DNA of 63,196 bases, the filler included, from Saprolegnia diclina VS20 (lineage: Eukaryota), in assembly GCF_000281045.1 (NCBI RefSeq). It is 6 parts of 2 records of this genome, joined end to end, with 100 filler letters (N's around TTAATTAATTAA, not from the genome) between each part and the next. Parts side by side here need not be neighbours in the genome. Positions count along the whole stretch, not along the records: positions 7,906 to 35,434 come from NW_008246071.1; positions 35,535 to 56,388 come from NW_008246071.1; 4 more parts are not named here. The stretch is one strand, 5' to 3'. Position numbers and translations under genes: made by a program. Positions 24,404 through 37,468 of this stretch are shown piece after piece (position 1 is the stretch's first letter; every line of letters begins with the position of its first letter). The notes below the pieces were generated by a model. That model worked only from the letters and a program-made list of their open reading frames with translations. It ran no database searches and was not told where the DNA came from.

Positions 24404-26019
24404 ATGCCCGTCATGAACTTTGGCGCCCAAGACATCGAGAACCACATGAGCGGCCTCGGCCGCCTGGCCGCGCTCTGCGAGATGGGGTACCGTCGTCGTC
24501 GCCGAGCTGCATGCATGGCCGCTCACGCCGCAGCTGCATAGGTCCGACTCGAGCGGCGACGAGAGCGAAGGCGTGCGCCGCCCGCCCAGCGGCGACCGCA
24601 CACAAGAGCTCACAGACTACGTGCTCACGACGATGCGCCAGCTCGCGCGCATTAGCGCCGGCCTCTCGGCGCTCGTGCCGGGCTCCCAGCAGCAGACCGC
24701 GGCCGCCGGGCTCATGCACACGGCCAGCGCGTCGCCCGAGTCGACCGGTCGGCTCTGGAACACGCTGCATAAATTAAACGCGACGGCCGACACCATCGTC
24801 GACGCGGTCCAAGCCGGCGACATCACGCTGCAGGCGCTCGATCTGACGTTATTGCCGCCGGACCCGTCCATGGCGCTCGAGACGATCAACGTCAAGCTCC
24901 TCTCGGCGCAAAAGAAAATCTACCAGCGCACCGCGAGCGACCACCTCCTGCGCACGACGCACAGCGTCCTCGACGACGCGTGGCAAAAGGGCGAAATGGT
25001 CGCGCTCGAGGCGGCGCGCCGGTCGCTCAGCGCATGGCGCACGTCGGCCGCCGACCTCAAAACCAAAGTCGCATCGGCGCTCGCGAGCCCCGACACGAGC
25101 CCTCTCGAGGTCCTCCAGAACGTCCAGGACTTTCTCAGCTCGCTCACCGTGTGCAAGCTCAACGCTGAGGCGCCCACCGAGGCCGACATCCAGTTCAAGG
25201 CGACGACGCTCGAAGAGCACGTCGGCCGACTGCAGGCCAGCATCGTTGCGTCCATGTCATCCTCCACCGCTGGTATTCACTTGCTCTCAGAGTCGTCATA
25301 CGATCGATCAACCTTGGCGTAGGGCCGCGCGCCAAGCACACTGAGGGCCGGAAGCGCCCGCTTTCCAAGCACCTTGTCGAGCCCATCGCCGTCGAGAAGC
25401 GCCGGCGCCCGTCGACGTCACCCTATGCGCTGCCCAACCGCAAGCCGGCGGCCGAGACGCCGTCGCATCTCCAGGGTGTACGCACGTACGTGCCAACGAA
25501 AACGTAGTCGACGCGACCTTATATCGTCGTCTCACGCCTCTATCTCTAGCGCCGATGGAGACGAGTACGTCAAGGAGGCAACTGACGACGGCAGCGCCGT
25601 CGACGCCGCACCGGTCGGGGCCGCGACGCCGATCGGGTGCGAGATCTGTCATGAGAACAACGCCCACGAGCAAATGCTCTTGTGCGACAACAACTGCGGC
25701 CACGGTACCTTCTTCCTGCCCTATGTCCTCTGACGTCGCGTCGTCGATGTTGGTAGAGTACCATCTCTTTTGTCTCAACCCGCCGCTCGAGGATATCCCG
25801 GAAGGCGACTGGTTTTGCCCGAGCTGCGAGCAAAATTTGTGCTTGGCCCAGAAATGCAAGCGCGTCTGCGTGCTCTCGCGCAAGTACTGCAGCCGCCACC
25901 TCTGCAAGGACGGCTCGTGCGGCTTCCGCGCCAAGAAGGCGGGCTACTGCGGCAAGCACGCCAAATTGCTTCTGCGCTACGAGTCGGACGACGACCTCGA
26001 CTCGGACATGGGCCGATAG
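24404..26019 (+). CDS. PHD-finger protein with two C-terminal C-x4-C...C-x2-H zinc modules
   Basis: CEIC...MLLCDNNC|HLFCLNPPLEDIPEGDWFCPSC, then CLAQKC...YCSRH and CKDGSC...YCGKH. Confidence 0.85.
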
Positions 26020-26119
26020 ATGAGCTTTGTGTGCGTGTATATATGAAAAAGCTGACGAGCAAACGAGGTGGACGTGCTATCCCGTGGTGCAATGGAATAA
26101 AATAGGATGAGAAAGAGGG

Positions 26120-27263
26120 TCACTTGGCGAGCGCCAAGGTGCGCTTCTGGGACGTATCGTGGCGACGGCAATACCCGCGCCCGCGCAGACGAAAGTCGCA
26201 CCCGTGGAAGCGACAGCTGTGCACGATGCAGTACCGACGCGAGCTCTTGCGCTTGCAGTGGAGCGCGGCGCAGACCTCGATCGTGGGCGACCCCGAGCAC
26301 GACGGACATGGCCATGGCTTCTTGGGCGTGTGCTCGAGACCGACGCAGAAGCGGTGGACCACTGAATGGACGACGCATGATGGTTGGGAAGCTGAAAGAT
26401 CAAGTACCTTTGCCACAGGTGGCATTGCAACACGAAAGGAGTGGCGCGTCGTGCTGCTCGAGACCGCACAGATAGCAGCGTGATGGGTCGAACGGGTCGC
26501 TGAACTCGTCGTCTGCGTCCTCGTGCTTGACATCGTCGTCGCTTGGCTCGTCTTCCGGCTCCAACTTGCGTTTTTTCGATAATGCGGCGAACGACCGCGC
26601 AACCCGTGGAGGGGTGCGCACGAGGGGACTCGCAATCTGCGCCGATGCGAGGCGTAGCGCCGTAAAGTGGTCGTGTTGCTGCGCGACAGTGTTTGGGCGC
26701 AGCGATCGGGATGCCCCCTCGGTCCGCGGTGGCGTTACCGGTGGGAAGCTACAGATCTGGATGGACGCCGCAAAGTCGAGGCAGCGCTGCAGAATGCGGT
26801 CGTCAGTAAAGATGAATCCATTCGTCTCGACGAGCTCCTCGAGTTTGTCCTTGATCTCGCCGGCCACGACCTTCCAATGGCGCACGCGGTTCGCCAGCGC
26901 TTCTTGTGCCGAGGCTGGGGCAGGCTTGTGGCCGAGCTCGACTTTGAGGCCGTCGCCAGCACGGGTCGCCGGTGTCGTAGGTCGCTCATCGTCTGTGCTC
27001 GGGCTAGCCTCGAAGCGTCGCCCGGCGCGGCGCAGGCCCTTCTTCCCAAGGCTGCGCGCCTTGAGCGGCCGAGCGTCCGAGTCGTACTCGACGTCGACGA
27101 CCGCGTCCGGGCTGCTCGTGTAGCTCTCGTCGTAGGCGCGGCCGATGGCCATGATGCTCTCGAGGACGTCGTACTCGGTGCCCGGCGACCCTACGTGGCG
27201 CAGCCGCGTCGCCAGCGGCGCCTCCTGGCTCGAGACCTCTGCGAGCTGCTCCAGCGCTGTCAT
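26120..27263 (-). CDS. Second PHD-finger protein with two C-terminal zinc modules
   Basis: CYLC...LLSCCNATC|HRFCVGL...PWPCPSC, then CAALHC...YCIVH and CRFHGC...YCRRH. Confidence 0.8.
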
Positions 27264-27644
27264 CGGTCGGTCGCAAATTCCACACTGAAGATCGCGCGGT
27301 GAAATTAAGCTTGGGCTTAGTATACTTTCCGTATCCGGACGCGGGCGCCGGATACCGCAAAACGGTTTCAACTCTTTCGCACACTATTTAACAGTGTCAT
27401 CATGTCACATCTCGCCAGCCGTGTTGCGAGCGTCGCTGGGTGGAGCGACGAGGTGTCGAGCACACCTACCCCATAAAGAGTACGTAGCATTTTACTATCG
27501 TATTTCTAGTGCTGCACCATGGCTCGACTGTTCGGAGCCTCCGCCAAGTCGTGTGGCGCCAAAGGAGGCGTTGAATTGAATTCTCACACTATTTCAAGAT
27601 GGAGAATTTCCAGGCGCCAGAATCTGCGAAACGTCGCGGCCAGC

Positions 27645-30600
27645 ATGAAGCAGCCGGGGCAGCGCGGTGATGACAACCAAGCCGACGAGATGATCGAGAC
27701 GAGCAGTCGAAGCCGGGTAGAGGTCAGCAGTCGAAGCCGGGTAGAGATCAGCAGTCGAAGCCGGGTAGAGACCTGCGACCACCTGGAGGCCAGCGCGCAT
27801 GGCCACCACGAGGTCGAGATCGAGCTCGCGACCATGTCCTCGACCTGCGGTCCGGCGTACACGCAGCTCCGAACGCCTCGACCAAGCACGGACGCGTCGA
27901 TGCTTCCCGAAGACGACGAAGCGTCGCGATCTGCTGGCAGCAAGGTATGTGGTGGGCAGAGAGCCTTCCTCATGCTCTTGCTGACTCTGTAGATGGGCGC
28001 AGCGCGGCCTCGTACGCACCTCCTACCTGCTTGTCATCCAATGGCTTCGTCATGCGTACATGCATAGAGGCTTCCCATCAGCTGCGCATCGACTGCTCTT
28101 CGACGCAGTACGAGACCACTCCGGCGCCCGATGCTAATGGCTTGACGACGGACCGCGTGTACCGCGAGCGCTCGCAGCGGGGCATGACGCTGGTGTACGC
28201 GCCGACGATCCGCGAGCAGCTGCAAGCCCACATGACGAGGTAGCACTGCCTTCGTCTCCAGCTTGTAAGAATGTTATGTTGCGTGTAGCCGTGTTGGTGT
28301 CTACCTCGAGCTCATCAACACGTCGTTCAGCGTCCTCTGCTGCCTCTTCTACCTCTTCCAGGTACGACATCTCGAGCATCACTGTCATCTCTCATGTACT
28401 CCCAGCTCTACGCACCAACAATGTACGACGCGCTGCAGATCCAAGTCGTCGAGATCACACTCACGTGTTACTTTGCGTTGCATTATGTATGTTTGCCTTT
28501 GGCTCATTTGCCTGTGGTATTCACGACATGCGTAGCTCGTACACTTCTACACGACCGAGGACGTGTGGCAGTTCGTCTTGTCGATGAACGGCGTCATTGA
28601 CGTCATCACGATCGTACCGGCGTTTATCATGGTACTCTAGTTTCCAGTCTCTAGAACTCTAATTTTTGCTAGTTTTTGAGCACAACCCAAAACTCGAAAG
28701 CGCTCACAATCTTCCGCGTCTTCCGCGTCTTTCGGGCGCTGCGCGTGCTTCGGCTCTACCGTCTCATTCGCAGCCGCAAGCACGGATACAACTACGAGGT
28801 CGAGTCGACGACATGTGCTGTCGCATCTCATGTTCGAGGTGCAGTGGGGTGTCTTTACGTTCTCGATCTGCGCCATCATCTTTGTCGCGGCCGGCATCTT
28901 CCAGGCGCTCGAAGACTACCCCGAGCGCACTCGGAACATCGAGTTCCACGACGCCCTGTACTTTATCCTTGTCACGTTGGCCACGATTGGTGCGTATACA
29001 TGTGTACTATCTCTCGTCAACCAAGCAACGGGGTAGGGTACGGGGACATTGTCGCGACGACGACCTTGAGTGAGGTCTTTGTGATGGGGCTCATCGTGGC
29101 GGTCGTGACAGTCGTCCCGGGCCAGCTCACGCGCCTCAACGCACTTCACAAGCCGCGCTACGCCCACGACGACGCGTACCGAGGCCGTCCAAAGAAGAGC
29201 CACGTCGTAGTCTCGGGGCACATTGCCCACGAAGCCTTTGCGGACTTTCTCACCGAGTTTTACCACCCGAGTCGCGGCGTCGTGGACTTTGACGTGGTTG
29301 TGCTTGGGCGTGACGCGCCCTCGGACGTCATGACGCGCCTCCTTGGCAACGTCGCGTACGCCGCCAAGACGACGTACCTCAAAGGCTCGTTGATGCTCGA
29401 GAAGGACCGGTCTCGTGTTCACCTGGAGAACGCGGAGGCGGTGTTTGTGCTCGCGAACCGCCAGTCGGCCGACCACGCGGCCGAAGACGCCTCGACGCTG
29501 CTCCAGGCGCTCAGCGTGCGCAACTACGCCGACAGCACCGGCCGGCGCGTGCGCACGTATCTGCAAATGATTGCTGACGCGCACCACGACCTCTCGCACA
29601 TCATTGGCGCCACGCAGACGCTGCATACGAACCGCATGAAGGACGACATTGTGGCGCGTGGCACCGTGTGCCCCGGGGCCTGCGCGCTCATTCTCAACCT
29701 CATCCAGTCGATCGACGAGAAAAAGTACCAAAAGCACATTCTCGGGCCCGCGCCGTGGATCCAAGAGGTACATGGTTGATATATTGATACTGTGGTTGAT
29801 ACGATTGTCTGTAGTACATTGGCGGCATGAGCCGGCAAATTTACGCCATTGTCTTTTCCGAAGCGTTTGACGGCCACCTCTTTCAAGACGTAGCGCGGCG
29901 CGTCTACCACGGGTACGACGCTCGCAAATGTGAATCCCAGCATATTCGCATCGGTAGGTTTGAGAGCATTTTGCTGGCGGTGTACCGCCGCGACAAAGAC
30001 GAAGGCCATCCCCGCGTGTGTTTGGGTCCGTTTCACAAGCCGATTCTTGAAGGGTGCGCTCGTGTCGTCGAGGTTTAGTATGTACTGGGATGTACTACTG
30101 TAGGGACATTGGCTTTGTCGTCGCGTCGTCCTCGTACGTCGTGCACCAGATCCTCGCCGACTATAGTATGCTGGTGCACAACGAAGCCGAAGACGCTTCG
30201 TCCCGATCGCGTTCGACGTCGTTCCGGCATCACCCGCTGATTTCAACCAATAACCTACTCCACCGGCAGTCGCCGCTGCACCAGCGCCTCAGCCAGTCGA
30301 TTCGGTCGCCAACCGACCAAGGGAGCTTTGGCTTTGAGTCGGTCATGTCGCTGGACGAAGCCATTCGCCACGCGACGAAGAAGGCGACTAAGTCACTCAC
30401 GCAACACGTCGTGCTCTGCGGGTCCCTTCGTCATATCGTGCCCGTCATCCATCGTCTTCGGCGTATGTACTATCAGCTTGACGGTCAGTACCCGTCGCTC
30501 GTGCTGCTTTGTGACACGGCGCCGACACCTCATGACTTTCCACCCGACTATGCGCTGCCAAGTCACGTGCATTTTGTCATTGGGAGCTCGTTGCGGTGCG

Positions 30601-31436
30601 CCGATCTCGTCCGCGTCGGCGCGCCCAACGCCAAAGCCGTCCTTCTCTACCCGTACGACTCGCAACAGCACTTTCGAAACGAGAGCAGCACCGACGAGAG
30701 TAGCGACACCACCACGTGTCTCCTCGACTACGGCGTCGTGACGTCGCTTCTGTGCTTGGAAACAGCCAGCGACCTCGCGCATGTCGCGCTCAACGCCGAG
30801 TCAGCGGCGGCCCAAGACGACTTGGTGTTTTACGCCTCAAACCGCGTGCCGCTCTCGGCGGTGCAAGATCACCTGGTATGCCACTACCCAAATTTGAACC
30901 CAGCGCTCTTCCGCGGTACGTCGTCGATCCAGAGCATGAGCGCGCGGTTACGGCAACACTCGGCGGCCGAGACGCCCGAGTCCCACGAAGTGCCGTGCGT
31001 CGCGGTCCTCACGCGCGGCAGCAACATCAAGTTTTGCCGCCCGCGCGACGTCCACGTGTGTGCGGACGACCTTCCGTACCTGGCGCCGGCGTACGCTGCC
31101 GGGCGCGTCTTTGTCGACAGCCGTCTCGACTTGCTCTTGTGCCAAGCGTTCTACAACCCGTACATCACCGAAGTCATCCACGCGCTTGCGGGCTCCGAGT
31201 CGGACGCGCCGATTTTGCGCTTGGTGGAGCTGCCATCGGCGCTTGTCGGGCTCACGTTTGGGGACTTGGTGCTGCGTATGCTCTCGAGCGACGCGATCGT
31301 CCTCGGGCTCTACCGGTGTCCGCACAAGCGCCTTGGCAATTTGCTACCGTACGTGTACACGTCGCCGCCCCGCGAGACCCGCCTACACTCGAAAGACAAG
31401 GTGTTTCTTCTTGCGCGCGAGGCCACCGTCCCCTAA
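27645..31436 (+). CDS. Voltage/Ca2+-gated BK (Slo-family) potassium channel alpha subunit
   Basis: S4 RVFRVFRALRVLRLYR, filter TIG|YGD split by an intron, RCK1 (HVVVSG, YLKGS) and RCK2 (HVVLCG, FVIGS, YAAGRVF, QAFYNP, LGLYR). Start approximate. Confidence 0.92.
27701..27772 (+). repeat. 24-bp tandem repeat x3 encoding SSRSRVE[VIT]
   Basis: AGCAGTCGAAGCCGGGTAGAG repeated with a 24-nt period. Confidence 0.9.
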
Positions 31437-31511
31437 CCCTCATTTCACTGATTAAGGTATTGGCGATAGCCACTATATTGCCGTGCTATATTGTCGCGAG
31501 AATATGGACAA

Positions 31512-33429
31512 CTACTTCTTCTTGGTCTTGGAAGGCGCCGCGGGCTTGGGTGGTGGCGCGGCCTTGGCGGCGGGTTTTGCGGCCGGCTTTTTAGCCCCAC
31601 CCCCCGAGCGCTATACGCACCAATCATTGGTCATTATGATGCAACGACTTGATACATTGATACCTCGGACTTTTCCTTGCAGTAAGGAATGTGGCGCTCG
31701 GCTGCCTTATCGTTGAAGCGGCGCGAGCAGTACGAACACTGAATCAAACTCGAGTCGACCTCGGCGGGTTTTGGCGGCGGCAGTGCTCTACGCGTGTAGT
31801 GGGTTAGAAGGCTGGCGGTTGATATGTTGATATGTTGGTACCGGCCCTCCTTCTTCGCTTGCTCGTACTCGCGACTGCCCTTAATCGCATCTCGGAACGC
31901 ATTGCTCTTCTTCTTCCAGTCGTCCTTCTTGGCCTTGATGGCTTGCTCCTCCTTGGAGAGCGCTTTGGCGTTGGGCGCGGTCACGGCCTTGAGCGACATG
32001 CCCTTCTCTTGCAAAAGCTTCTCGACTTCTGTGCCTTTGAGACGCGCCGCCTATGGACAATATTGTCCATTTTCCATGTTTTCATGCAATTCTCGTTTAC
32101 CGCCATGTTGAAGACTTTTTTGGGGCCCGAAAACACTTTTTTGCAAATTTTCTACCATTTTCAGACTAAGTTGCTTGCAATGCGATGCATTATGTACCTG
32201 GTGCTTGGCAAACGCGGTCGCATTGAACCGGCGCTGGCAGTCGGGACACGTGTGGTTGGCGCCGTCGTCCTGCACTTCGCTCTCCTAAACAAATCGACGT
32301 TGAGTGCATTCATCCAGCGCTCTACATCGCGTACGCCGTCAGGGACACCGGAAAAGACGTTGGACGATGCAGCCATGGGTGGATCTTCCTGCACGACGCG
32401 GGCTGGCGGCGCTCGCACGGGCAGCGGCTTGGTCGGCGGGTCCCGGGCCGAGTGCATGACCTGGCGAGGTTTGTCTTCGTCGACAAACATCGAGGCTGCA
32501 TGCGTCGGGGCACTGCGGCTCTTTCGACGCGACATTTTCGACTAGATACATCTTAGTGGCTATGAAATAAGATGTGAGGTACCTTGAGCAAGATGAGCGA
32601 GCTCTGGTCCACGGTCTATTCATGGGGCGCGTGATGTTACGAGGCCGGCAGCGACGATGAGAAGTACGGTGTCGGCTGCGGGCGCCGGCTTCATTTGCCG
32701 CTGGCGCGCCAATGGCGCTGGTGTTGCGCTTGGGTCGCACTGGCGGCACGTGCACGACGAGTTGCGAAGACACTCGGCGGGAGGCGCGGCCGCCGCCTTG
32801 GGCTTGGATTCGCGTGGTATCGCTTTGCCTGTGCGAGATTTGAGCTCGTGCGAGAGCGCGTCGTGCTCTGCACCAAGACGACAATAAGAAAATGCAGTCG
32901 GACCGATCACGTACGAGGTTCTTCGGGCTCGGGCAGCGGCGCGGCCTTGGATTTCGACGTGGGCCGAGAGTAGTTCCCGGCGAGCGAGTCGAGCGAGTCG
33001 GACGAGTCGTTGGCGTGGACGCGCTGGTTGTTTGGCTTGCGCAGCGTGCTGGCTTGGCGCTTGGGCGGCGATGGCGGCGGGCTCGCGTCACGCTGCGCAG
33101 TGGCCTGAAACTTGGACTTGATCGGCGGCGACGGCGGCGGCTGCGTCGCATTAAACTTGGATCGGATTGGTGGCGACCCGGGTGGCGCCGACGTCGACTG
33201 CTCTTCGTGGTTGTTGTCGGCTTCGCGGCGCGGATTGACTCTACGCGAGCGCTCAGACATGGCAGACGAAGCGACGTCATGCATCTTACTTGGGCGCAAA
33301 GGTGCAGGCCTCGTTGACGACGCCACGCTGGCGCGCATCGCGGAGCTCCTTGGCGCGCTCCTTGGCTGCGAGCTGCTTCTTAGCGTGGTCCGTTGGGTCG
33401 TACCGGATCTTGGACTCGCCGCGCTGCAT
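31512..33429 (-). CDS. ZC2HC1: C2HC zinc-finger protein (ZC2HC1-like)
   Basis: CPDCQRRFNATAFAKH|xxIC.KVF, WKKKSNAFRDAI, CSYCSRRFNDKAAERHIPYC. Confidence 0.8.
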
Positions 33430-34709
33430 GTTCTGCCCGTCCGCCGAACAACTACTGTCGTTTCGAGGATATTTCTGGTCGATTCAACCGACCACAACCG
33501 GCCTTTCTAACCGTCTGGCCAACCGGCTGTTGCGTCGGTTATTGCACGCGAGCGTGCCACGTCAGTGCAATGTGCCACCTCGATCGGTATCATCCTGGTT
33601 GCGAGCACTAGATCCATACATTGACCCATGATCCCTCCTTCTTTCGAGTGAGGAATGCCACAACGTCCATTGTATCGATATGAGTAGTAGGAGGTGTGCG
33701 ATGTCAAGTTGGTTGTTGGGCCAATAAGTCATCAACAATACATAGAGTAAAAGTGTTGTGTTGTCATTAGATTTAGATAATTACATGTAGTGGAGAGACT
33801 ATTAAATGTTAAGCCGCTGCATGTTGATGTCAGTGAAGGCACATGGAGACACCGCCAGCGCACGCATCGTCGGTGCCATGCCGCGTGCAAATGCGACCAG
33901 CGGCATCGCCATGTTGAAGATTTGCCGACCAGTGCGAGGGCCGACGATCTCGAGCGCCCGAATAGAGCTGCGCTCAAAAATGGCTTCGGACAAGCCAGCA
34001 GCGAGCGCCGTCTCGACGTCAAAATCGCGCAGCGTCACGCGGACGAGAGCGGGGTGCACCTTGATGAAGAAGAAGTGCACCAGCGCCCGGAGCACCGGGT
34101 CGGAAGCTGCCAAGCGCGACGAGGGGGCTCGGGCAAAGAAGTGCCCGCCTGAAGCGTCCGCGCGTGTCGTATGATGACGGAGGACGACAATGCCATCATG
34201 TATGTTGGCTCAAAGGTGGCGCGTGTAGGCCCTTTGGGAAGGCGTTTGCCCGGACAGGCAGTGCCTTCGTGTTGCGTGTGCCAAGGCCGTCGATAGTCGT
34301 ATGGTGCAGAACGAAGCAAAAGCGAATGTGGCGCCGAGTGGCAGTCCAAGCCAAGGTCAATTCGATTTCTACCAGTACTGCAGCTCGCCAGCCCCCACTC
34401 ACCGAGCGTCCGGACACCCTGACGATCGCGGATTGGCCGTTTCTAACGCGTCATTTTGTATGTTGCTCCATCTCGCCATCGAAAGAAGCTAGCGTCACGA
34501 GCTATATGTGCGACGAGCGCAGCCGTTTTGTCGCCGGACGTCCTCGCAGGTGGTGTGACCGCACCACATTTACCATTCGCTCACTCCGCCACCGTGGACC
34601 ACAGAAGCCACCACCCAATCACGGTATTCCAGCCACATTCTCAACCAGTCGGTCTATGGACTAGATACATGACATAGTGTGCGTTAAAACTACTAGCAAC
34701 CCACGACTC

Positions 34710-35433
34710 TTACGCCATCAAGGGCGACGCCAGCGGACCGCTCTTGCCACCCGAGCGCGCGACAACGCACGACATGACGAGCAGGACGAGCGCCGCGATC
34801 GCAAAGATGAGCGCGCCGATCGCAATCTTGTTGGCAAACGACTTGAAGAGGTCGAGGACCGCCGGGCGGCACTTGGGGTACACGACGTCAGTGGCCTTGT
34901 CGTACTTGTTGGTCTGAATATAAGAGAGGCACCACGACGCCGACGACGTTGTGAGCGGGCAGTTGTCCTGGCCCCACTTGTAGAGGTCCGAGAAATCAAT
35001 GTGCGTCGACGTCTGGCACGCCGCGCAGACCGTCTGGAGCTTCTTCATGTCGAGGCCGACGAGCGTGCTCGACGCCGTCGCATTGATGTTCTCGCACGCG
35101 CCCTTGAGGCCGATCTGGTCGTTGGCGTTGAGGTTGAAGGCTGAGACAATGGACGAGAGCACCGGCGACGACGAGAGCGAGAACATGCTAATGGCGTCGC
35201 CGAGGCTGCCAGCCACGCAGTAGTGGTCGACCATGACGCTGCAGTAGGCCGAATCAAAAGCCTCGGCGACCGAGACCTCGGCGTCCTCGGCCGGGAACGT
35301 CGCGTCGTCCCACTTGTTGGCGGTCGACGCACCGGCAAAGCCCGTGATCGTGATGAGGACAAAGAGGGCGAGCGCGACAAACACGAAGAACGCGTAGGTG
35401 TAGAGGAGGCACTTCTGGCGCTTGATGGCGCCG
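34710..35433 (-). CDS. Tetraspanin-like membrane protein, 5' truncated by a gap
   Basis: GAIKRQKCLLYTYAFFVF TM3 signature, Cys-rich large loop and a final TM ending SCVV. Confidence 0.75.
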
Positions 35434-35534
35434 ANNNNNNNNNNNNNNNNNNNNNNNNNNNNNNNNNNNNNNNNNNNNTTAATTAATTAANNNNNNNNNN
35501 NNNNNNNNNNNNNNNNNNNNNNNNNNNNNNNNNN

Positions 35535-35764
35535 CTGTCTTCGACCGGTTGTCCAAGTCTCGGCAAGATATCGTGGCCCAGCGGGCGACTCTCAAGATCG
35601 CTCGGGAGCTCGAGGGCTGCACCTTCCGCCCCAAGGTCAACCCGTCGCCCCCGGTCAAGCCGCCGACCGTGGCCAAGGCGACCGCATATCCTCGGCCTGG
35701 CTGGCTTGCACGTACCGTCGAGCGCATCTTGCTCGAGGCGCGTCTGAAGCAGACCATCGTGTAA
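35535..35764 (+). CDS. 3' fragment of a hypothetical protein (VFDRL / ELEGCTFRPK motifs)
   Basis: Open GC3-rich frame running from the gap to TAA. Confidence 0.5.
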
Positions 35765-36071
35765 TGACCACTCGAGCCATGTGTCAACTATCCTTATGAA
35801 CATATTTAACAAAAATCATGCACTTCAATTATTCCTTGCGTGCCATACCGGCAATGGAGTGCAACCAAGTAGCAGGACCTCTAAATTATGTGAAGTTGAG
35901 CTTCACATAGCTAGTGGTGAAGCTGGTGCTGTCAAAAGTGGCACGAAGACAATTGTGATATGCCGCGGTTCCCACACTGGTCGATTTATGTATGCCGTGA
36001 CATTCTGGTGGATAAATGTTAGTAATTGAGTAAATATATTCTAGAGTCTAGTGCCTCATAAGATCGTCACT

Positions 36072-36146
36072 CTACGCGTGGCGCTGGCGAAACTCGACAA
36101 AGTCGTCGTTGCGCGTGATCGGGTTGAGTTTCAGATGGGCCAAGTC
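36072..36146 (-). CDS. 3' fragment of an inverted NDUFA4/B12D paralogue
   Basis: DLAHLKLNPITRNDDFVEFRQRHA*, one residue different from the + copy. Confidence 0.7.
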   Translation of the reverse strand, partial: DLAHLKLNPITRNDDFVEFRQRHA

Positions 36147-36665
36147 NNNNNNNNNNNNNNNNNNNNNNNNNNNNNNNNNNNNNNNNNNNNNNNNNNNNNN
36201 NNNNNNNNNNNNNNNNNNNNNNNNNNNNNNNNNNNNNNNNNNNNNNNNNNNNNNNNNNNNNNNNNNNNNNNNNNNNNNNNNNNNNNNNNNNNNNNNNNNN
36301 NNNNNNNNNNNNNNNNNNNNNNNNNNNNNNNNNNNNNNNNNNNNNNNNNNNNNNNNNNNNNNNNNNNNNNNNNNNNNNNNNNNNNNNNNNNNNNNNNNNN
36401 NNNNNNNNNNNNNNNNNNNNNNNNNNNNNNNNNNNNNNNNNNNNNNNNNNNNNNNNNNNNNNNNNNNNNNNNNNNNNNNNNNNNNNNNNNNNNNNNNNNN
36501 NNNNNNNNNNNNNNNNNNNNNNNNNNNNNNNNNNNNNNNNNNNNNNNNNNNNNNNNNNNNNNNNNNNNNNNNNNNNNNNNNNNNNNNNNNNNNNNNNNNN
36601 NNNNNNNNNNNNNNNNNNNNNNNNNNNNNNNNNNNNNNNNNNNNNNNNNNNNNNNNNNNNNNACC

Positions 36666-36968
36666 ATGGCCTCGACCACTGCCCGCGCGACCCAGTCTGT
36701 CATCAAGACGTGGTTCTCGGACCCGGCGACGTACCCGATCATCGCCATCATTACGTTTGCCACGAGCATGTCGACCTTTGCCGGTCTCCGGTACCTCTCC
36801 AACAGCCCGGACGTCACGTTCTCCAAGGAAAAGCGCGGCGCGATATTCCACCGGTCGAGCGACGAAGGCGCGTCGTTCCGGTCGCACCGCATCGACTTGG
36901 CCCATCTGAAACTCAACCCGATCACGCGCAACGAAGACTTTGTCGAGTTTCGCCAGCGCCACGCGTAG
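36666..36968 (+). CDS. NDUFA4: NDUFA4/MLRQ/B12D-family mitochondrial membrane protein
   Basis: 100 aa with WFSDPATYPIIA, one TM and RYLSNSPDVTFSKEKR. Confidence 0.8.
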   Translation: MASTTARATQSVIKTWFSDPATYPIIAIITFATSMSTFAGLRYLSNSPDVTFSKEKRGAIFHRSSDEGASFRSHRIDLAHLKLNPITRNEDFVEFRQRHA

Positions 36969-37468
36969 AGTGACGATCTTATGAGGCATTAAAATATACA
37001 TATTTACTCACTTGTGGCATTTTCATACTTATTCGAGCTGAGCTTTGCCACTCAGGATCAGAAATGGAACACCAAGATGCACTCACAACGACATGCGTAG
37101 TTCGGTATGGTCGACCGCGTCAATACAAGGTCGCCGCCTCAATACTTCGCTAACTCCAAGTAGCCGCTATCGCGCTTAGGTTGTCGCCAAGACTCTCTCG
37201 AGCTCGCCACCGTCGACCTACTCCAAATATGCCTACAACTCCCATGATATGGATATTGGCCCGGACGAAAATGCGGCAGCTTGATGCTTCCTCACTCAAA
37301 GATTGCTTTGAGTTGAAGTTGGCGCTTCAAATAGGGTACCCCACCCCGTCCCTTCCTTTTTCATTAGATTCACACACACTATGCTATGAGTACCACCTGT
37401 TTTTGCGTTTCAAGGGGTCCTACCACACCCATGGCATCCACAAATCCGCCATTGCAGAAGAGCGACCG

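Noticed and set aside
33802..34200. Short coding-like segment on the minus strand
   Set aside because: No convincing start, an upstream in-frame stop and no recognisable domain.
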